Shown in pieces: positions 1-9,269 of a stretch of DNA of 64,000 nucleotides. A model generated the notes under the pieces. It did no database searches and was not told the DNA's origin. It saw nothing but the letters and a program-made list of their open reading frames with translations. Source of the DNA: Nitrospirales bacterium (GTDB lineage Bacteria; Nitrospirota; Nitrospiria; Nitrospirales; NS-4); contig DASXSU010000031.1 in assembly GCA_036505795.1 (NCBI GenBank), positions 3,256 through 67,255 of the forward strand, written 5' to 3'. The first letter of the stretch is position 1. Each line of letters opens with the position of its first letter. A program made the position numbers and the translations under genes.

Positions 1-116
1 CCGACGAGACTGTCGATGACGCGGACGCGGAAGCCATGCTCGACGAGGAGATCGACCATATGACTGCCGATGAAACCGGCGCCTCCGGTGACGACGGCCA
101 ATGGTCGCGCGGCCAT
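1..116 (-). CDS. NAD-dependent epimerase/dehydratase (SDR), N-terminal part only; gene runs off the left edge
   Basis: Hand translation from ATG at 116-114: [38 protein letters not shown] (GxxGxxG Rossmann motif). Its ATG overlaps the upstream TGA (ATGA). Confidence 0.7.
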   Translation of the reverse strand, partial: MAARPLAVVTGGAGFIGSHMVDLLVEHGFRVRVIDSLV

Positions 117-1111
117 CACGCGACCCGAATGCGCTTGAGCACTTTGACGTTGTGGTAGCGTTCGTCGGTCATGCTATCCGGCAGCTTTCCTGCTCGGAAG
201 GCCATGGACAGATCCCGAACGGCATCCTCGATTCCCCGCTTCGGCTTAAACCCGATCTTTCGGGCAATCTTGTCGGAGTTAATATGGTAGGAACGATTGT
301 CGTTCGTTGGTGTAATCTGGATCGGAATTTCGGGCTTTTCGGGGAACTGCTGCTGCACGACCTGCTTCACCATCTTTGCGATCTCCATGATAGTGTGGTT
401 TTGGTAGCCCGCGTTAAATGTTTCCCCGGCGATGTCGACGTCCGGCACTTCGAGCAGCATTTTGTAGAGATCGCACATATCCTGGATATGCAGATTGGGC
501 CGCTTCTGCCCGCCGCCGAAGACGGTAATCTTGTTGTTGTTGACGGCATGGTTCGTGAGGATGTTGACAGAAAGGTCCAACCGCTGGCGGGGACTATAGC
601 CACAGATGGTGGCCGGGCGGATGGCAACGCACACAAAAGTTTTCGACTGATGCTTGAAGAGAAGTGGCTCACACATGCCCTTGAACTTGTTATAGAGCGT
701 CAGTGGCACTAACGGATGCTCTTCGGTTACCTCAGGAGCATCAGATACGCCATAGACGGAACTTGACGAGGCATAAATGAAACGCTTCACGCCTTGCTCC
801 TTCGCGGCAATGACGAGCGGTTCAAAACAGTCGTAGTTGATCGTCTGACTGAGCTGTTCATCGAGCTCAAACCCGGCATCATTTGAGATGCAGGCTAAAT
901 GGATCACGGCATCCATTCCGCGACAGGTATCTCTGAGCTTCGGAGTGTCACGGATGTCGGCCTGAATGAGCGTGAGGCCCGGAGTCGGTTTTAGTTCGCA
1001 GCCGTAGTACATGGTGTCGTAAACGGTGACCTTGTAGCCGGCGTCGAGCAACTGCGGAACCAGCAGCGTACCCACATAACCAGAACCGCCGGTGATGAGA
1101 ACATTCTTCAT
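116..1111 (-). CDS. NAD-dependent epimerase/dehydratase family (extended SDR) sugar-nucleotide enzyme
   Basis: 331-aa ORF with an ITGGSGYVG Rossmann motif and a YNKFK (YxxxK) catalytic motif. Substrate not assignable from sequence. Confidence 0.8.
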   Translation of the reverse strand: MKNVLITGGSGYVGTLLVPQLLDAGYKVTVYDTMYYGCELKPTPGLTLIQADIRDTPKLRDTCRGMDAVIHLACISNDAGFELDEQLSQTINYDCFEPLVIAAKEQGVKRFIYASSSSVYGVSDAPEVTEEHPLVPLTLYNKFKGMCEPLLFKHQSKTFVCVAIRPATICGYSPRQRLDLSVNILTNHAVNNNKITVFGGGQKRPNLHIQDMCDLYKMLLEVPDVDIAGETFNAGYQNHTIMEIAKMVKQVVQQQFPEKPEIPIQITPTNDNRSYHINSDKIARKIGFKPKRGIEDAVRDLSMAFRAGKLPDSMTDERYHNVKVLKRIRVA

Positions 1112-1144
1112 GCCGTGGAGCTCCTTATAATGAGAGCGGACCTG

Positions 1145-1888
1145 TCAGATGGCGGCCGGCCGGCGTTGGTAGGGAATACTATACCCGGCCGTTGTCGCAT
1201 CCTTGTGGAACATCTCAACCGTCTCGAGTGAGTAATCGCTGTGATCCTTCCCGAGCAGATGCAGCTTGTTCAGGATGTCGTTCGTGGCGGTGATAATATG
1301 ACAGCCGATCTCATTCGCCTGGACGATGTTCAGCAGCTCTCGCGGGCTGGCCCACAACAGCTCAGCCTTCGGCCGGCTTTGCAATAGCTTCAACGCGTCC
1401 CTCATGATAGGCACCGGATCCATTCCAGTGTCGGCAATGCGACCGGCGAAAACCGAGACGATGGCAGGGGTGTCGCCTACGAGCTGCTCGGCAATATCAC
1501 GGACCTGTTCCAACGTCATCACGGCAGTGATATTGAGTTTCACCCCGGCCGAGGACAGCCTGCGAATCAGCGGACCGGAAAACCTTCGCTTGGTATTGCT
1601 CACCGGGATCTTCACATTGACATTGCTGCCCCAGGAGGCAATTTCCATCGCCTGGCACTCCATCTCCTCAAACTCATCCGCAAACACCTCAAAGGAGACC
1701 GGCCTGTCCGGCACAACGGCAAGCACCTCAAGAGCGAATGCCTTATAGTCGGCGATACCAGCCTTCCGCATTAGTGTAGGATTTGTGGTGAATCCCTTGA
1801 TCCAGGACTTTGCGTACATTGTTCGGATGCCACCAATATCCGCTCCATCGGCAAAAATCTTGATATTCATTCCTTCCAGCTGCCTCAT
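1145..1888 (-). CDS. transaldolase / fructose-6-phosphate aldolase family protein
   Basis: KIFADGADIGGI...IKGFTTNPTLM, VNVKIPVS (Schiff-base Lys region) and IVSVFAGRIADTG are collinear with the FSA/TalC family. Start may be M1 (ATGA overlap with gmhB) or M7. Confidence 0.8.
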   Translation of the reverse strand: MRQLEGMNIKIFADGADIGGIRTMYAKSWIKGFTTNPTLMRKAGIADYKAFALEVLAVVPDRPVSFEVFADEFEEMECQAMEIASWGSNVNVKIPVSNTKRRFSGPLIRRLSSAGVKLNITAVMTLEQVRDIAEQLVGDTPAIVSVFAGRIADTGMDPVPIMRDALKLLQSRPKAELLWASPRELLNIVQANEIGCHIITATNDILNKLHLLGKDHSDYSLETVEMFHKDATTAGYSIPYQRRPAAI

Positions 1889-2451
1889 TCTCCCTCCTCT
1901 GACACGATGGGTTTCGTCCTAGGCGACTCAGCATGCCGGAGAATGATTGTAGCGGCCTCCCCTAAATCAGCACAGGTTGCGTCGGGGGTTTCTCGCAATG
2001 GCTCGGCATAACCACGGTCGATAAAGATTGTGAAGCACCCGGCGGCTTTGCCGGCCCCTACGTCCCGCCAGCGATCCCCAACCATGTAACTGCTCGCCAA
2101 GTTGATCTTGTGTTCTTCCGCAGCGGCCAGCAGCATGCCGGGTTTCGGCTTGTAGCATGTGCACTGAGCGCTGTCGAGTTCCCAACACACCTTGATATCG
2201 TCAATCGGCAATTCCTCGAGAAGCCGAGCATGCATCGCCTCGACGACCTCCCGTGGCTGGGTTCCCCTTCCAACATCGGGCTGATTGGTAGCGACAATCA
2301 ATACAAACCCGGCTTCCTTCAACCGGAGAATGGCTTCGCTGACGCCCGGTAGAATTTCAAAGTCAGCCAAAGAGGCGGGTGGATAGGGCAGGCCATCCCG
2401 CACGACGCTGCGGTTAATAACCCCATCCCGATCAAGAAAAACGGCTCGCAT
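1885..2451 (-). CDS. gmhB: HAD-IIIA phosphatase, D-glycero-D-manno-heptose 1,7-bisphosphate phosphatase-like
   Basis: Motifs VFLDRDGVIN, ATNQPDVGRG, CTCYKPKPGML and MVGDRWRDV; adjacent to gmhA. Confidence 0.75.
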   Translation of the reverse strand: MRAVFLDRDGVINRSVVRDGLPYPPASLADFEILPGVSEAILRLKEAGFVLIVATNQPDVGRGTQPREVVEAMHARLLEELPIDDIKVCWELDSAQCTCYKPKPGMLLAAAEEHKINLASSYMVGDRWRDVGAGKAAGCFTIFIDRGYAEPLRETPDATCADLGEAATIILRHAESPRTKPIVSEEGE

Positions 2452-2457
2452 TCGGAC

Positions 2458-3081
2458 TCAGCACTGAGGCGCTTTGACTGTATTTTCCCACTTCGTCTCA
2501 GCTAGCTGCAGCTTCGGGTGCGAGACAAGGCAATGCCACGCGACAGCGTGAAAGGCTTCCGTGTGGGGCGTCACGCGCGCGGCGTTGACGGTAGGAATGA
2601 CCAAGACGGCATCACCCATTTGCTTTGTGTATCCGCCATCGCGACCGACGACGCCATAGATTCTCAATCCCCTGCGCTTGGCTTCATCGACCGCGCGGAC
2701 AAGGTTGACACTGATGTTCTTGGCAGCGTTTCCCCCGCCGACCGAAAAGACAAAGACGGCATCATTGTCATTTGCGCGACTAACCCCGAGCCAGGCGGCA
2801 AAAACCGTTTCCCACCCTTCATCATTGGTGCGTGCCGTCAGTTCCGCAACATTATCCACGGGTGTGTAGGCCTCGATGCCGCAGAGCTTCCGGAAGTCAT
2901 TGACGGCATGGCTACAATTCGCCGCGCTGCCGCCGACTCCCAAGAGAAATAGCCGTCCTCCTCTCGCGCGTAGATCCGCGAGCCCTTCCGCAATACGCTC
3001 AAGCATCTCGTAATCGATGCGCTCAATGATCTGACTGGCTTCAGCGAAATATTCCGACGCGTGAGATGCCTTCAAATCCAA
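2458..3081 (-). CDS. gmhA: SIS-domain sedoheptulose-7-phosphate (phosphoheptose) isomerase
   Basis: 207 aa with FLLGVGGSAANCSHAVNDF and VFVFSVGGGN SIS motifs, in gmhB context. Confidence 0.75.
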   Translation of the reverse strand: MDLKASHASEYFAEASQIIERIDYEMLERIAEGLADLRARGGRLFLLGVGGSAANCSHAVNDFRKLCGIEAYTPVDNVAELTARTNDEGWETVFAAWLGVSRANDNDAVFVFSVGGGNAAKNISVNLVRAVDEAKRRGLRIYGVVGRDGGYTKQMGDAVLVIPTVNAARVTPHTEAFHAVAWHCLVSHPKLQLAETKWENTVKAPQC

Positions 3082-3124
3082 TGGTTGCCTGTTAAAGGAT
3101 TAGACCCGTTGGAAGCCTGTCGAG

Positions 3125-3153
3125 GTTCTAACAGGGGCCTCTCGTGGAGTCAA
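3125..3153 (-). promoter_or_regulatory. candidate sigma70-type promoter upstream of gmhA
   Basis: Minus strand reads TTGACT (3153-3148), 17-nt spacer, TAGAAC (3130-3125), about 45 nt upstream of the gmhA ATG. Confidence 0.35.
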
Positions 3154-3163
3154 GAATTTCTCA

Positions 3164-3184
3164 CTGCAACGAGCCTCGTTGCAG
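3164..3184 (-). other. perfect inverted repeat (10+1+10) in the lhgO-like/gmhA gap
   Basis: ctgcaacgag-c-ctcgttgcag. No clean U-tract on either strand, so it may be an RNA hairpin or processing site rather than a canonical terminator. Confidence 0.3.
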
Positions 3185-3206
3185 ACTGAATCTTAGAAAA
3201 AAGCGC

Positions 3207-4421
3207 TTATCTTTCCAAGGTCATTGTCCCGACCACGTGCTCTGCGAACGGCAACGCGGACGTAAATGCCGGAGACACTGCATTCAAGACATGGGTTGAG
3301 CGGGGTCCAGGTTCTACCACAAAGTCATTCAATAGTTCGGCAGTGTGCGTATTGACAAGCTGTGCGCGAATGCCAGCAGACTTTCCTGCCACCAGATCGT
3401 CTGGTTGAAGCCCTCTCACTAGGCCGGCCGCTTCACGATAAAAACCTCGCTTCGGCATTTTGCCGATCTCTTTGAGCGCGAGGGACCGAAAGTGATCGCG
3501 ATTTTTTGACAACAGCCGAACCATATACTTGACCATGGTCACAGCATCGCTCGCATTGGCGCCCTTGAGCCCCGAATATTGTTCGCGCCCAAGAAGCGGT
3601 AATGCGGACGGCCCGACGATCACCTCATCGTTTGGCCGCCTCGTGAAATGAATTCCGAGGAACGGGTTACGGAGATCCGGGACCGGGTAGATATTCCCTC
3701 GAACCCGAATGCGCGACTGGGGTCTGAGTTGGTAAAATCTTCCCAAAAAAGGAAGGATGCGATACTGCCGGCCGACACCAAACTCATGAGCAACACGATC
3801 GGCAAACAACCCGGCGCAGTTCACCAGATGCCCATAGGCGATACTGCCTCGCGTGGTTCGTGCGAGTCCGAGTTTGTCGGAACGCTCCCAAGCGCAATCG
3901 AACGCGAACAGCACTCCTTCTTTTTGTGCGTCTTCGAGCAGAGCACCCATCACGGCTTGCGGCACAACGACCGCCGTATCCTTTATAAAGAGCGCCTTTT
4001 CAGTCGTCTGCGCAAACGGCTCGAGTTCCTGCAAGGTGTGCTCATCAATGATATTGGCCTCAATGCCGTTTGACTGGGCACGTCTGTGTAACTCCTCCAG
4101 CGCCGGCAAATCGTGACGGGTTTGGGCGACGATCACTTTACCGGATTCGTTAATCGGTAGGTTTTTTTCGCGACAGTATGCGCGCATCCGCTGGTTGCCC
4201 GAGACGCATAAGCGAGCTTTGAGCGAGCCGGCTTGATAGTAGACGCCGGCGTGCAAGACTCCGCTGTTCCGACCACTGGCGTGCAGACCCGCCGACGGCT
4301 CCTTGTCTATGACCAGCACCCTTCCACCGTATCGACGATGCAACTCCCGTGATATTGCAACACCGACCACGCCTGCCCCAACCACTAGAAAATCACAGCT
4401 ATCTAATCTACCGTCGGGCAC
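3207..4421 (-). CDS. FAD-dependent oxidoreductase, L-2-hydroxyglutarate oxidase/dehydrogenase (LhgO) family
   Basis: Collinear with my recollection of E. coli LhgO: VVGAGVVGVA dinucleotide fold, RNSGVLHAGVYYQAGSLKA, ILPFLGRFYQL, IYPVPDLRNPFLGIHFTR, GIRAQLV, NAVSPAFTSALP. GTG start. Confidence 0.75.
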   Translation of the reverse strand: MPDGRLDSCDFLVVGAGVVGVAISRELHRRYGGRVLVIDKEPSAGLHASGRNSGVLHAGVYYQAGSLKARLCVSGNQRMRAYCREKNLPINESGKVIVAQTRHDLPALEELHRRAQSNGIEANIIDEHTLQELEPFAQTTEKALFIKDTAVVVPQAVMGALLEDAQKEGVLFAFDCAWERSDKLGLARTTRGSIAYGHLVNCAGLFADRVAHEFGVGRQYRILPFLGRFYQLRPQSRIRVRGNIYPVPDLRNPFLGIHFTRRPNDEVIVGPSALPLLGREQYSGLKGANASDAVTMVKYMVRLLSKNRDHFRSLALKEIGKMPKRGFYREAAGLVRGLQPDDLVAGKSAGIRAQLVNTHTAELLNDFVVEPGPRSTHVLNAVSPAFTSALPFAEHVVGTMTLER

Positions 4422-4520
4422 CTAAATAAGCACCTCCCATTTTCGTTAATGCTAGTACAATGACACGCGGGCCAGTGATTCCGGGTCACCCATTCAGCAT
4501 TCGGCAAACAACCCCGCCTG

Positions 4521-5045
4521 TTACATCTGCGTGTTCGCGTAAACGGGCACCACGTCTCTGGCATCAATCTCGACGGCCGCGGCCTGCTGGATCAGATGCA
4601 CGGCGATCACGAGACGGTGCCGCTTGTCTTTGCGAACCAGGACTCCTTGCACGCCTTCCAAAGGCCCTCGAATCACCTCGACCGGCATGCCTTCTCGAAG
4701 ATAGGGATATGAGTCGTATTCCAGAGTACTCGTAATCAGGACCTTGATCGCTTGCATTTCCTGCTCCGGAATTGGTTCCGGTCCGCTTGCGTTACCAATG
4801 ATGTCGACGACACCCCCCACTTTCAGCACCGCCAATCTGTCCTGCCAGGAAAACCGGGCAAAGCAATATCCTGGAAACAAAGGCCATTCAATTTCCTTTT
4901 TTCGATCCTTCCACTGATTCAGCCGTTTGATGGTCGGAAGGAGTTGCTCAACCCCGAGCGCAACGAAGCGATCGCGAACCTGCTTTTCGTGCCGGGATCG
5001 AGTGCGTATGGCGTACCAGAGGGGAATTCCGTTCAATTCAGGCAC
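4521..5045 (-). CDS. specialised NusG-family transcription antiterminator (NGN + KOW; RfaH/UpxY/TaA-like paralog)
   Basis: NGN domain: WYAIRTRSRHEKQVRDRF...WPLFPGYCFARF. C-terminal KOW: GMPVEVIRGPLEGVQGVLV. 174 aa, GTG start with GAGGG RBS. Confidence 0.75.
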   Translation of the reverse strand: MPELNGIPLWYAIRTRSRHEKQVRDRFVALGVEQLLPTIKRLNQWKDRKKEIEWPLFPGYCFARFSWQDRLAVLKVGGVVDIIGNASGPEPIPEQEMQAIKVLITSTLEYDSYPYLREGMPVEVIRGPLEGVQGVLVRKDKRHRLVIAVHLIQQAAAVEIDARDVVPVYANTQM

Positions 5046-5136
5046 AGCTCCGCCCTCTCACTTACAGACCACGAAAAAATTTTTCCTCCCTGAGTCTCCG
5101 AATACGTATAAAGAGACAGCAGAGAAGAACTGCCGC

Positions 5137-5155
5137 GTGACCACTACCGGGTCAC
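5137..5155 (-). other. 6-bp inverted repeat with a CGGTAGT loop spanning the regulator stop codon
   Basis: Minus strand reads GTGACC-CGGTAGT-GGTCAC. The loop resembles the GGTAG core of the E. coli ops element (GGCGGTAGCGTG). It lies in the leader of the NusG-paralog gene. Confidence 0.25.
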
Positions 5156-5727
5156 AAGGCCATGATCTTCGCTTTCGGAACCCCTTCACGTAGAATCAGG
5201 GCGTGAATTTCTTCCCTTTCGACCAGGTCGGCAATCAGCAGCGCGTCGTACTCCCAGTTCGCCAAGTTTTTTAAGGTCCATACCGGATAGGACAGAAAGA
5301 CCTGGTGCTGCTTACCATCGACAAAACCGACCAGTGTCATATTCATCTCTCGTAACGAGAGATAGGCAAGCTCTGCCAATTCCCCTGTTCCATAGATAAC
5401 AACGCGCTTGCCCCCCGCTTTCGACAAATCTGCGAGCCGGTACTTCAAACGGTCCCGAACATCGCGGTAATAGGATAAGGAATATTCCATGTACAGATAG
5501 GTGAGACGGGACTTCTCCGCCACGCCTCGAGTGGTTAAGAGATATTTAATACGGTGATGGGGAATGGTGGTAATCTTGATGTAGCCCTTTCGAATAAGCC
5601 GCTTGACATAGAGATTCGTCAGACCCAAAGCCACGCCGAGGCTTTTCGCTAGTGAGCGCTGTGAAACAGTGCTGTCACGAGCAACTTCGTCAAGTAGCCG
5701 TAAATCCCGCTGATCCTGCAAGTGCAT
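5152..5727 (-). CDS. winged-helix (MarR / EPS-associated type) regulator with an extra C-terminal Rossmann-like domain
   Basis: N-terminal wHTH: LRLLDEVARDSTVSQRSLAKSLGVALGLTNLYVKRLIRKGYI. C-terminal half: KRVVIYGTGELAELAYL...LVGFVDG. Confidence 0.55.
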   Translation of the reverse strand: MHLQDQRDLRLLDEVARDSTVSQRSLAKSLGVALGLTNLYVKRLIRKGYIKITTIPHHRIKYLLTTRGVAEKSRLTYLYMEYSLSYYRDVRDRLKYRLADLSKAGGKRVVIYGTGELAELAYLSLREMNMTLVGFVDGKQHQVFLSYPVWTLKNLANWEYDALLIADLVEREEIHALILREGVPKAKIMAL

Positions 5728-5912
5728 GAAAACCCTTACGTCTTACGTTGAGTGTTCACGATTTGAACATATTTACAAATGCCGGATCAAGTAGAAAGTG
5801 GGGACCGATTATGGTTGGTGAATCCGCCTGCCGCAGCAAAACGCTTTCTGTTGATCCCCAGAATGATTTGTGCAATAAAGCCAACCGGGCAGTCGGGGTT
5901 TGTGACGGGAAC

Positions 5913-6380
5913 ATGATGAAGAACGCCGGCATCATTTTATGGCTTTTTTACGGCCTGACGGCTCTTGGAGTCGCGGGCTGTCAGCATCAGACTCCTGCGT
6001 CTGAGCAGCAATATCGTCAGGAAGTCCGTTTCCGTGGCGCCTGGGACTATGCCATTGGTCGTCTCTCCTACGATGAAGTCCTGGAGTCATGGGGCCCTCC
6101 AACTTCTCTGCTTAGTGGCTATTCCCCGCAGGGCGGAACATTGGATTCAGCGCCGATTCTTGCCAATTGGCACTGGAACCATTCGCTTCCCGACATCGCC
6201 CCGCATTTTCCCGACGGCAGCCTCAGGTTCGGCGAGCAGATGGAATTAGTATTTGATCGGGAAACCAAGCGACTCATAGACTGGAAATACTGGGCATGGG
6301 GACCCACCTCACTTTTGTATAGGCACGAAGACAGTCAGAAAGCTGTGCTACCGACCGGCGGGATTTCTATTACTCAATGA
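5913..6380 (+). CDS. hypothetical lipoprotein
   Basis: Internal ATG at 5913 gives MMKNAGIILWLFYGLTALGVAGC, a signal peptide with lipobox (VAGC). The upstream 55 codons of the tracked ORF look non-coding. Confidence 0.55.
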   Translation: MMKNAGIILWLFYGLTALGVAGCQHQTPASEQQYRQEVRFRGAWDYAIGRLSYDEVLESWGPPTSLLSGYSPQGGTLDSAPILANWHWNHSLPDIAPHFPDGSLRFGEQMELVFDRETKRLIDWKYWAWGPTSLLYRHEDSQKAVLPTGGISITQ

Positions 6381-6411
6381 TCGTAGATGCGAGTGGCGGA
6401 GCGAGGCGGAG

Positions 6412-7425
6412 TCATCCGATCCGATAATATTCGCGATACCAGGCGACAAACCGCGCGATACCGGTCTCGAGGGGCGTCGCCGGCTTAAATCCGACATCCC
6501 GCACCAGATCCTCCACGTCGGCATACGTCTCGGGCACGTCTCCCGCTTGGAGGGGCATCATGTTCTTCTCCGCCTTCCTGCCAAGTTGCGTTTCCAGGAC
6601 TCCGATAAACTGCAGCAGATCGACCGGCTGGTTATTGCCGATATTATAGATCTTATACGGAGCTAGGCTGCTACCGGGATCCGGTCTCTCCCCGGACCAA
6701 CTCGTGTTGGGAGTCGGCGGTCGGTCTAACAGCCGCACCATCCCCTCCACGATGTCATCGATGTAGGTGAAGTCCCGTCGCATCTTTCCAAAGTTGAAGA
6801 CATTGATCGGCTCGTCATTGAGGATGGCCTTGGTGAACAGGAACAATGCCATGTCGGGTCGGCCCCACGGTCCATAGACCGTAAAAAACCGCAAACCGGT
6901 GACCGGCAGTCGATACAGGTGGCTGTAAGCATGCGCCATCAATTCGTTGGCTTTCTTGCTGGCCGCGTACAGGCTGATCGGATGATCGACATTGTCATGG
7001 ACAGAGAAAGGCATGCGTGTATTGGCGCCGTAGACCGAACTCGATGAAGCAAAGATGAGATGCTTTGTCTTGAAGTGCCGGCAGCATTCTAGAATTTGCG
7101 CAAAGCCCACTAGATTGCTGTCAATGTAAGCGAACGGATTTTTCTCGGCATAGCGCACGCCTGCTTGCGCGGCAAGGTTGACGACAATATCGGGAACCTG
7201 CTCCGTAAAGAGCTGGCGCATCCCGTCGCGATCAGCAAGGTCCAGCCTGGAAAAGGTGAAATTTGGCTGGCGCTGTAATTGAGCCAGCCGCGCTTCCTTG
7301 AGCGTGACATCGTAGTACTCGTTGAGATTGTCCAGGCCAAGAATCTCATCGCCGCGGGCCAGGAGTCTCTTTGCCAGATGAAATCCGATAAAGCCCGCTG
7401 CGCCGGTAATCAGAATTTTGGCCAC
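6412..7425 (-). CDS. NAD-dependent epimerase, UDP-glucuronate 4-epimerase-like
   Basis: [22 protein letters not shown]...[17 protein letters not shown] and YAASKKANE (YxxxK), the typical Cap1J/LpsL-type pattern. Confidence 0.7.
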   Translation of the reverse strand: MAKILITGAAGFIGFHLAKRLLARGDEILGLDNLNEYYDVTLKEARLAQLQRQPNFTFSRLDLADRDGMRQLFTEQVPDIVVNLAAQAGVRYAEKNPFAYIDSNLVGFAQILECCRHFKTKHLIFASSSSVYGANTRMPFSVHDNVDHPISLYAASKKANELMAHAYSHLYRLPVTGLRFFTVYGPWGRPDMALFLFTKAILNDEPINVFNFGKMRRDFTYIDDIVEGMVRLLDRPPTPNTSWSGERPDPGSSLAPYKIYNIGNNQPVDLLQFIGVLETQLGRKAEKNMMPLQAGDVPETYADVEDLVRDVGFKPATPLETGIARFVAWYREYYRIG

Positions 7426-7498
7426 GCGCGTCTTCCCGCCTCTACCAGATTGATTCGTTGACGTGGCTCAATGGCTGGAAAGATGAGCCCTTACACCT

Positions 7499-8275
7499 TT
7501 ACGGGGTACCGGGGTCATACGGCACTTCGGTAAAGATCGGTCCATATTTAGAAATCAATCCCTTACACTCCACCGCCTCGCTTGCCAGTCGCTCCATATT
7601 GTCGCGCACGATCTTCGTGTAGAGCTCTTCGATCTTCGACGGTCGGGCTTTGTACTCCCGGACTCCGTACTGATCAAGAGATGGCATTCGGCGCAGGATA
7701 TTCGCGTTCGGATGCTCGCCAGGGATCATCTCGATATATTCGTTGGCCCACAATGGCGGCTCTTTGCTGACTTGTGTCCAGTGCGGCGTGATGCAGTGAA
7801 ACCCATGCTTATCAAGTTCCCCCCGAACCAGCAGAGGCCCGATCTCCTTACCGAGAAAGTTCAAATCACAAGCGGCGCGCGCTGAGGGCGCGAGGCTCTC
7901 GAAAATTCCTTTGCGGCAGATCAAACTTTTCGGATCCTTGGCGAGGGTAAAACACGGCCGCCCGTCACGCTTGCGAATTGCCTCCCAGCCGTTCGCAGTA
8001 ATCCGTGAGTCTTCGGGCAGAAAGACCCAATAATCGCCGGCGCAGTTGGCATCGCAAAGAAGATAGTTATACCCCACGTTTTTGGGAACTGGGTTTCGAA
8101 TGACCGGGATACCGAGGGACGGAAAGTCGCACCCGTTCTGGATAAGCGTTAGTTGTACTCCGGTCTTTTGAAGGGCGGCCACCTGGGCGTGAAGGAAATA
8201 GTTGTGATGCTGAAGCTCCGCGTCGGGATCATTCGGAAAGACGACGGTCGCACAGATGAAACAGTGAAGCTTCAT
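7499..8275 (-). CDS. hypothetical protein, possibly a divergent GT-A-fold glycosyltransferase
   Basis: 258 aa; no family recognised. The N-terminal third (FICATVVF..., [25 protein letters not shown]) loosely follows the GT2 beta1/DxD layout. Its ATG overlaps the uxs stop. Confidence 0.3.
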   Translation of the reverse strand: MKLHCFICATVVFPNDPDAELQHHNYFLHAQVAALQKTGVQLTLIQNGCDFPSLGIPVIRNPVPKNVGYNYLLCDANCAGDYWVFLPEDSRITANGWEAIRKRDGRPCFTLAKDPKSLICRKGIFESLAPSARAACDLNFLGKEIGPLLVRGELDKHGFHCITPHWTQVSKEPPLWANEYIEMIPGEHPNANILRRMPSLDQYGVREYKARPSKIEELYTKIVRDNMERLASEAVECKGLISKYGPIFTEVPYDPGTP

Positions 8276-9267
8276 AGGAGCCGTTTTCGAAAGTATGCAA
8301 TCGTACGCTGCAGACCTTCATCGAGGCTCACCTTCGGCTCCCAGCCGAGGAGCTTTCGCGCGCGCGTGATATCCGGGCGGCGCACCTTCGGATCATCCGC
8401 CGGCAGCGGCTTGAACTCGATAGGAATCCCCGTATCAATCAATGCTTGCACCTTCTGCGCGATTTCTAAGACCGAAAGTTCCTGCGGGTTGCCGATGTTC
8501 GTCGGATCATGGACGGATGCCGCACTGCGCTGGTAAATAAACGTCCGGTCGGTGCGCTCCTCGTGCGTCTTGTCCGAGGGCACCAGCAGCAGCCGGGTGA
8601 TCCCCTCGATCAAATCGTCCACATAGCAAAAACTGCGCGTCTGGCTGCCATCGCCGTAGACTGTCAGTGGTTGCCCGGTCAAGGCTTGCACGATAAAGTT
8701 GGAGACGACGCGCCCATCCTTTGGCCGCATGGCCGGCCCATAGGTGTTGAAAATGCGCACGATCCGCGTATCGACGCCGTGATACCGATGGTAGGCCATG
8801 GTCATGGCCTCGGCAAAACGCTTGGCCTCGTCGTACACCCCACGGGGACTGATCGGATTGACATTGCCCCAATATTCCTCCGGCTGCGGGGAAACCAAGG
8901 GATCGCCGTAGACCTCGGAAGTGCTGGCCAGCAGGAAGCGTGCGTTCTTGGCCTTCGCCAGCCCTAAGGCCTTGTGTGTTCCCAGGGCGCCGACCTTCAA
9001 GGTCGCGATGGGAAACTCTAGATAGTCTTGCGGGCTCGCGGGCGAGGCAAAATGCATCACCGCGCCGAGGGGACCGGCCACATGCAGGTAGTCGCAGACG
9101 TTGTACTTGACGAAGGTGAACCGTTCATGGCCGATGAGATGCGCGACATTGTCCATCCAACCCGTAATGAGGTTATCAATGCAGATGACCTCGTGCTCAA
9201 GGCCGATCAGCCGCTGGCACAGGTGGCTGCCCAGAAACCCAGCTCCGCCGGTGACGACTACGCGCAT
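8272..9267 (-). CDS. uxs: UDP-glucuronate decarboxylase (UDP-xylose synthase)
   Basis: From internal ATG 9267: [17 protein letters not shown]...[10 protein letters not shown]...YDEAKRFAE...RIFNTYGP...[14 protein letters not shown]. The longer tracked ORF would overlap the upstream GT2. Confidence 0.85.
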   Translation of the reverse strand: MRVVVTGGAGFLGSHLCQRLIGLEHEVICIDNLITGWMDNVAHLIGHERFTFVKYNVCDYLHVAGPLGAVMHFASPASPQDYLEFPIATLKVGALGTHKALGLAKAKNARFLLASTSEVYGDPLVSPQPEEYWGNVNPISPRGVYDEAKRFAEAMTMAYHRYHGVDTRIVRIFNTYGPAMRPKDGRVVSNFIVQALTGQPLTVYGDGSQTRSFCYVDDLIEGITRLLLVPSDKTHEERTDRTFIYQRSAASVHDPTNIGNPQELSVLEIAQKVQALIDTGIPIEFKPLPADDPKVRRPDITRARKLLGWEPKVSLDEGLQRTIAYFRKRLL

Positions 9268-9269
9268 GT

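Noticed and set aside
1885-1900. GmhB ending in ...SEEGE as a Pup-like Gly-Glu terminus
   Set aside because: The protein is a complete 188-aa HAD phosphatase, so the terminal GE is coincidental.
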